Assembly (NCBI GenBank): GCA_963663385.2
Contig: CAXXXD010000002.1
Location: 1,184,001-1,248,000, forward strand
Length of the DNA stretch: 64,000 bases
Reading direction: 5' to 3'
Source of the DNA: Oceanispirochaeta sp.
GTDB taxonomy: Bacteria > Spirochaetota > Spirochaetia > DSM-2461
Below, piece by piece: positions 58,715 to 64,000 of this stretch. The notes below the pieces were generated by a model. That model was not told the origin of the DNA. It searched no databases and was given only the letters and a program-made list of their open reading frames with translations. The translations under genes were made by a program, and so were the position numbers. Numbering within the stretch: the first letter of the stretch is position 1; every line of letters begins with the position of its first letter.

Positions 58715-60001
58715 ATGACTGAGTTGAAGGGGTTTGATCCCGAACTGTTCGAGGCCATGCAGAGAGAGCTGAAGCGTCAGAAGGGCAATCTGGAACTGAT
58801 TGCTTCGGAAAATATTGTTTCTAAAGCTGTTCTGGAAGCTGCCGGATCCGTTTTGACAAACAAGTATGCAGAAGGCTATCCCTCCAAACGCTATTACGGT
58901 GGATGTGAATTTGTTGATGAGGCGGAAGTCCTTGCCATCAACAGGGCAAAAGAGATATTCAACTGTGAATACGCCAATGTTCAGCCCCATTCAGGCAGCC
59001 AGGCTAATATGGGTGTGTATTTTACCGTATGTAAACCCGGTGATACTGTTCTTGGTATGAATCTGGCCCATGGCGGTCACCTGACTCACGGCTCTCCCGT
59101 TAATTTTTCCGGTCAGCTATATAATATTGTCAGTTATGGCGTCGATCCCGAAACAGAAACCATTGATTATGACAATCTGCTGAAAGTGGCTAAAGAGTGC
59201 AAACCTAAAATGATTGTCGCCGGTGCGTCCGCCTATCCCCGTATCCTGGATTTTAAGAAATTCAGAGCCATTGCAGACGAAGTCGGGGCTTTTCTGATGA
59301 CGGATATGGCTCATATCGCCGGTCTTGTTGCCGCAGGTTGTCATCCTTCTCCTCTGGCGGATTCTCACTTTACCACAACCACAACCCATAAAACCCTCAG
59401 GGGGCCGCGAGGCGGTATGATTCTTATGGGAAAAGACGGAGAAAACACTCTTGGTGCTGTCGCTCCCAAAAGCGGAAGGGTTAAAAACTGGTCCGAACTG
59501 GTAAACGGCGCCATATTCCCCGGCTGTCAGGGCGGCCCCCTTATGCATATCATAGCGGCAAAGGCTGTGGCCTTCAAGGAAGCCCTTCAGCCCTCCTTTA
59601 AAGAGTATCAGCAGCAGGTAGTTAAAAATGCCGCTGTGCTGGCAGCCGAGCTGGAAGCCGGCGGTGTACGAATTGTTTCAGGCGGAACCGACAACCACCT
59701 GATGCTGGTGGATCTGACAAATCTGGGCACAACCGGTAAAGATGCCGAAGCATGGCTGGATGAAGCCAGTATCACGGTAAATAAAAACGGAATCCCCTTT
59801 GACAAGAAGAGTCCTTTTATTACTTCCGGCGTCAGAATCGGAACGCCCGCTGTTACATCCCGCGGTATGAAAGAGAAGGAAATGAAGCTGATCGCCCAGT
59901 ATGTAACGGAAGTATTGAAAAGCGGCGGAGAGAAAAATAAAATTGACGAAATCCAGAAAAAGGTTCAATCTTTATGTGGGGATTTCCCGATATATAATTA
60001 A
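58715..60001 (+). CDS. glyA: Serine hydroxymethyltransferase
   Basis: [37 protein letters not shown]. Confidence 0.97.
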   Translation: MTELKGFDPELFEAMQRELKRQKGNLELIASENIVSKAVLEAAGSVLTNKYAEGYPSKRYYGGCEFVDEAEVLAINRAKEIFNCEYANVQPHSGSQANMGVYFTVCKPGDTVLGMNLAHGGHLTHGSPVNFSGQLYNIVSYGVDPETETIDYDNLLKVAKECKPKMIVAGASAYPRILDFKKFRAIADEVGAFLMTDMAHIAGLVAAGCHPSPLADSHFTTTTTHKTLRGPRGGMILMGKDGENTLGAVAPKSGRVKNWSELVNGAIFPGCQGGPLMHIIAAKAVAFKEALQPSFKEYQQQVVKNAAVLAAELEAGGVRIVSGGTDNHLMLVDLTNLGTTGKDAEAWLDEASITVNKNGIPFDKKSPFITSGVRIGTPAVTSRGMKEKEMKLIAQYVTEVLKSGGEKNKIDEIQKKVQSLCGDFPIYN

Positions 60002-60015
60002 ATCCGGATAATTTT

Positions 60016-60050
60016 TTCCGGTGAAGGGCAGGAAATCTTCACCGGAATTT
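60016..60050 (+). terminator. Stem-loop after glyA
   Basis: TTCCGGTGAAG / CTTCACCGGAA inverted repeat. Confidence 0.6.
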
Positions 60051-60074
60051 CTTATAGTATAAATGGGAGATAGG

Positions 60075-61307
60075 ATGAACAATCCGTTGCAGCTTGGACT
60101 GGTAAGTTTTAAAAAAGGCTCATACATCACAGTTGAAGGAAAAAACTCTGACCAATTCTATATAATTCGAAGCGGCAATGTTCATTGCGGTAAGGAATTT
60201 GAGATCGAAGAGGAAACCGGCGGTGAGGTTTTCAAGCCGGGGGATTTTTTCGGTGTAGTTTCCACCATGTCTTCGCATAATCATCTGGAAACGGCAAGGG
60301 CTCTATCGGATGTTACCCTGATTTCTGTAAACAGGGAGCAGTATCCCCTTCTTATAGAGCGGAATACTCCGGTCGCCATGAAGATTATCAATGTATTCTC
60401 CCGCAAGGTAAGGATGCTGGATCAGGCTCTGACAAGGATGACCTTTAAAAATGCTGCAGAAATCGAACCGCCTCACCTGTTTCAGGTGGCTGAATACTAT
60501 ATCAAACAGAATCAGTATAACCAGGCCTACTATTCCTATTATCAATATCTGAAGCACTGTCCCCAGGGGGACAATGTCAAAATCGCCAGGGCTAAAATGG
60601 ATAAAATCAAACCTTATGCCACTGTAGCCTACCTGGATGTTGAAAAATCTTCCGAGTTTATCCGTCAGTATCCCAGGGATACCATGGTGTTCAGTGAAGG
60701 CGAGTTCGGTCCCGAGTTGTATATTATCCAGAAAGGGAGCATACGCATAACTAAAATTGTGGATAACAATGAGGTAATGCTGGCTCTGCTGAAACCGGGT
60801 GATATATTCGGAGAGATGGCTCTTCTGGAAAACAAACCCCGCAGTGCTTCAGCCATAGCTCACGAGGATTCCATACTGATGGCTGTAAACAGAACCAATT
60901 TCAAAAGCATGGTAGTGGAACAGCCCAAGATCATCTCCCGTCTGACTATTCTGCTGGCCGAGAGAATCTGGTCGATCTACAAGCAGCTTGAAAATACCAT
61001 GATCAGCGATCCCGCCGGACGGATGTGGGATACCCTTCTGCTGGAACTGGAAAAAAACAGAATCGACAGCAATATGAAGCGGTCCTATTCCTATCCCTAC
61101 GGTCCCAAGGAGCTGATCAATATTGTAGGGCTTACCAAGGAGGTAGGCGCTGTATCCCTCCGGAAACTGATGGAGAACAAGAAATTCAAGGTTGTGGATA
61201 ACAAGTTCTTTATTGATGATATCAGGGAAGTAAAGAAAAATGCGGACTACTTTAAAACCATGGAAAAGCTGAACCGTTCAAGACAGGCTGGCCGTCAGCA
61301 GGTGTAG
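60075..61307 (+). CDS. Tandem cyclic-nucleotide-binding domain protein (Crp/Fnr-like) with TPR-like linker
   Basis: FYIIRSG.V...PGDFFG and LYIIQKG...PGDIFGEMALL...PRSASA; helical linker. Confidence 0.85.
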   Translation: MNNPLQLGLVSFKKGSYITVEGKNSDQFYIIRSGNVHCGKEFEIEEETGGEVFKPGDFFGVVSTMSSHNHLETARALSDVTLISVNREQYPLLIERNTPVAMKIINVFSRKVRMLDQALTRMTFKNAAEIEPPHLFQVAEYYIKQNQYNQAYYSYYQYLKHCPQGDNVKIARAKMDKIKPYATVAYLDVEKSSEFIRQYPRDTMVFSEGEFGPELYIIQKGSIRITKIVDNNEVMLALLKPGDIFGEMALLENKPRSASAIAHEDSILMAVNRTNFKSMVVEQPKIISRLTILLAERIWSIYKQLENTMISDPAGRMWDTLLLELEKNRIDSNMKRSYSYPYGPKELINIVGLTKEVGAVSLRKLMENKKFKVVDNKFFIDDIREVKKNADYFKTMEKLNRSRQAGRQQV

Positions 61308-61327
61308 TATAGGTTAACCAGCGAGAT

Positions 61328-61356
61328 AGAAAAGCCGCATTACGCGGCTTTTTTCT
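61328..61356. terminator. Bidirectional Rho-independent terminator
   Basis: AAAAGCCGC-ATTAC-GCGGCTTTTTT between convergent genes. Confidence 0.75.
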
Positions 61357-61517
61357 GGCCTGGCAGCAAGTTCTGGTTTTTATGCTGCAACATGGCCTTT
61401 TTTTTACTCTCCCGATCTTTATGAAGGGCAAAACAAGCAGTTCCTCTCTCCAAACCCCACTGAATCTCCCCTCAGGGGAGACATCCATTAAGGATTCACA
61501 CCATTTGGAGGGGGAGG

Positions 61518-63101
61518 CTATGCTACTATATTTCCCTCGGAATCAATCTCTTTTCCAAGGTATCTGATCAGAACAACAACTGCCGCTCCTCCCAGGATAA
61601 GGCTGATCCAGGCGGGGCATCCCAGTCCGGCAGGGAGGGTCCCCAGCAGGAGGGCAATGCCGGCTGCTGTCAGGGCATAGGGTGCCTGTGTCCGCACGTG
61701 GTCGATATGGTCCGAACCGGAAGCTGAAGAGGAAAGTATGGTTGTATCGGAGATAGGAGAGCAATGGTCCCCGAATACCGCTCCTGTCAGAACACTTCCG
61801 ATGCAGGCCAGGATGAGGGGGGTAACCGAACCGCTTGCTGCGGATACATTGGCTGCCACAGGGATAACGATAGGCATCAGGATAGAGTTGGTTCCCCAGG
61901 ATGTTCCTGTAGAGAAAGCCACAAACATGGCTGTGATAAACACAAGGGTGGGAAGCAGGATGACAGCAAGGCCTCCTTCGTTAAAAGGAATAACTGCCAC
62001 AAGCCATTCAGCCAGCTGCATTTCAGAAATAACGGCTTTCAGGGCAAAAGCAAGGGCCAGGATGATGACGGCAACCAGCATGGATTTGGCCCCGCCGATC
62101 CAGGCGTCAACTGCCCCGGTGATGCTGAACTTCTTTGAGATCAGCCCCTGGATACCTGCTGCCATTGAGCTGATAAAGGCTGCCCAGGTCAATACGACAG
62201 AAGCGTCGGCATTTCCCATGGCATCCCGGAAACTCATTCCCTCTTCGTAACCGTTGTACCAGAGGCCGAAAAATGTAATAAGGATAAAAATCCCGATGGG
62301 GATAATTACTTCCAGGACAGATCCTTTCGTCCCGTCAGTCGGCATAAGAGCCTTATCTTCGGTAATCATGGGGTTGGAACCGGCCCGGCATACTTCTCCG
62401 GTCTTTCTGGCCCGGATTTCCGCTTTCAGCATGGGGCCGAAATCCCTCTTCATTCCAATCACCGCAAACAGAAGGATAAGGGAAAAGATGGAGTAGAACC
62501 GGTAGGGGATGGTCTGGAAAAATACCAGCATGGAGTTCCCTTCGATATTCAGTGCCTGCAGTCCGGCCGCAATCAGTCCCAGTTCCATGGCAATCCAGGT
62601 TGAGATGGGAGCCATGGAGGAAACGGGAGCGGCTGACGAGTCTACGATATAGGAGAGTTTTTCACGGGATATCTTCTGTTTATCCGTAATGGGGCGCATG
62701 GTGTTTCCCACGATAATGGAGTTGGCGTAGTCGTCGAAGAAGATGGCTACTCCCATCAGGGCCGTGGCCAGCTGGGTGGACCGCACGTCCCTGGCTTTAG
62801 TGGAAATGCTGTCCGCAATGGCTTTGGTTCCTCCCATTTTGCTGATCATGCCGATCATACCGCCGACGGCCAGAAGGAATACGATAATACCGATATTCCA
62901 GGAATCCGCCAGGGATTGACCCACAATATAGTTTGAAAAGGTTTCAAGGAGTCCCTTCAGAGGATTCCAGTTATTGATTATGGTGGCTCCGCCCCAGATA
63001 CCGGCCAGCAGAGAAACGATTACCTGTTTTTTCCACATGGCAAATAGGATGGCTACCAGAGGCGGCAGCAGAGCCAGGGCTCCGTATGTCAATTCTTCCA
63101 T
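61518..63101 (-). CDS. NhaC family Na+/H+ antiporter / amino-acid transporter
   Basis: FFDDYAN, REKL.Y.VDS.AAP, FSTGTSWGT, GAVFGDHCSPISDTT. Confidence 0.9.
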   Translation of the reverse strand: MEELTYGALALLPPLVAILFAMWKKQVIVSLLAGIWGGATIINNWNPLKGLLETFSNYIVGQSLADSWNIGIIVFLLAVGGMIGMISKMGGTKAIADSISTKARDVRSTQLATALMGVAIFFDDYANSIIVGNTMRPITDKQKISREKLSYIVDSSAAPVSSMAPISTWIAMELGLIAAGLQALNIEGNSMLVFFQTIPYRFYSIFSLILLFAVIGMKRDFGPMLKAEIRARKTGEVCRAGSNPMITEDKALMPTDGTKGSVLEVIIPIGIFILITFFGLWYNGYEEGMSFRDAMGNADASVVLTWAAFISSMAAGIQGLISKKFSITGAVDAWIGGAKSMLVAVIILALAFALKAVISEMQLAEWLVAVIPFNEGGLAVILLPTLVFITAMFVAFSTGTSWGTNSILMPIVIPVAANVSAASGSVTPLILACIGSVLTGAVFGDHCSPISDTTILSSSASGSDHIDHVRTQAPYALTAAGIALLLGTLPAGLGCPAWISLILGGAAVVVLIRYLGKEIDSEGNIVA

Positions 63102-63289
63102 TTTTTAGAATTACTCCTGCAATAGCAATAAGATGTATGCGGTCGATTCTACCTGTAGAGACGCGGCAAGGCAAGTAGGTTTTCGGTAAGAATCGTTATT
63201 TCGCATAAGGAAGATATAAATGTAGAAATGCAGAGGCCAGGATAAATGAAATTATCAGGGAGATTGAAACATCCTGAAAACAAAACCAC

Positions 63290-63370
63290 ACCCCCTTCTC
63301 CCCGGTTGCCTGGGCGAGCAGTACGCGCAGCGTACGACCAGTCCTTTTGGAGAAGGGCCGGGGATGAGGG
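63290..63370. repeat. REP-like palindromic intergenic element
   Basis: CCCTTCTCC ... GGAGAAGGG outer stem, inner GTACGC/GCGTAC hairpin, trailing CCGGGGATGAGGG. Confidence 0.5.
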
Positions 63371-63371
63371 A

Positions 63372-64000
63372 TTAATCCCGGGTAAGATTCCTGTATTTGA
63401 TCCGGTGGGGCTGATCCGCGTCAATGCCCAGCCTTTTCTTTTTATTCTCTTCGTACTCGGAGAAGTTTCCTTCAAACCAGTAGGCGCTGCTGTCTCCCTC
63501 AAAAGCCAGGATATGCGTGGCGATTCTGTCCAGGAACCAGCGGTCATGGCTGATAACAACCGCGCAGCCTGCAAAGTTCAAAAGTCCCTCTTCCAGGGCC
63601 CGGATGGTGTTGACGTCCAGGTCGTTGGTGGGCTCATCCAGAAGCAGTACGTTGGCCTCTTCCTTGAGCATCATGGCCAGGTTGATCCTGTTCCGCTCTC
63701 CCCCGGAAAGGACCCCCACTTTTTTCTGCTGATCCGCTCCCAGAAAGTTGAACTGGGAGACGAAGGCCCGGGAGTTCATCTCCCGTTTGCCCAGTTTGAC
63801 AATATCCAGACCGTCGGAAATCTGTTCCCAGACCGTTTTTTCCGGATCCAGATTGGCCCTGGTCTGCTCTACATAGGCCAGCTTCGCCGTTTCTCCCAGT
63901 TTCAGAGTTCCCGAATCGGGGGTGTCTTCGCCGGTAATCATCTTGAACAGGGTGGTTTTACCCGCACCGTTTGCCCCGATAATCCCGATAATTCCTCCGG
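63372..64000 (-). CDS. ettA: ABC-F energy-dependent translational throttle protein (3' part; gene runs off the window)
   Basis: [40 protein letters not shown]-terminal QPHRIKYR. Confidence 0.92.
   Translation of the reverse strand, partial: GGIIGIIGANGAGKTTLFKMITGEDTPDSGTLKLGETAKLAYVEQTRANLDPEKTVWEQISDGLDIVKLGKREMNSRAFVSQFNFLGADQQKKVGVLSGGERNRINLAMMLKEEANVLLLDEPTNDLDVNTIRALEEGLLNFAGCAVVISHDRWFLDRIATHILAFEGDSSAYWFEGNFSEYEENKKKRLGIDADQPHRIKYRNLTRD

Noticed and set aside
63102..63290. Lysine or other riboswitch upstream of the NhaC-family gene
   Set aside because: No recognisable conserved aptamer motifs by eye; an Rfam scan would settle it

Overview
Chromosomal window from a free-living spirochaete, probably Spirochaetaceae. 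This is inferred from spirochaete-type solute-binding signal peptides and the murB/cysS/ECF-sigma/cNMP-protein neighbourhood. Bases 1-10.8 kb form a defence island: HTH-ImmA peptidase, frameshifted YhcG, vsr-C5 methyltransferase-McrB-McrC-like operon, HNH remnant and Fic. Next come a large surface lipoprotein and a GH125/sugar ABC operon. An IS110-family element at 19998-21378 has ends, circle-junction promoter and bridge-RNA guides that can all be read from the sequence; it targets a Shine-Dalgarno site. Then follow a LysR-TctCBA-sulfatase locus, a TetR regulon, a diguanylate cyclase and a RAYT transposase. The RAYT right-flank sequence is duplicated 6.7 kb downstream, bracketing an uncharacterised nitrogenase-like (H/D/K) operon and a convergent metal-chelate ABC importer. 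The rest is mostly housekeeping (SET/aminotransferase/HDAC/kinase operon, mgtE, murB, cysS, ECF sigma, glyA, NhaC, ettA). No rRNA, tRNA or CRISPR array was seen. All calls come from motif recognition, not database searches.
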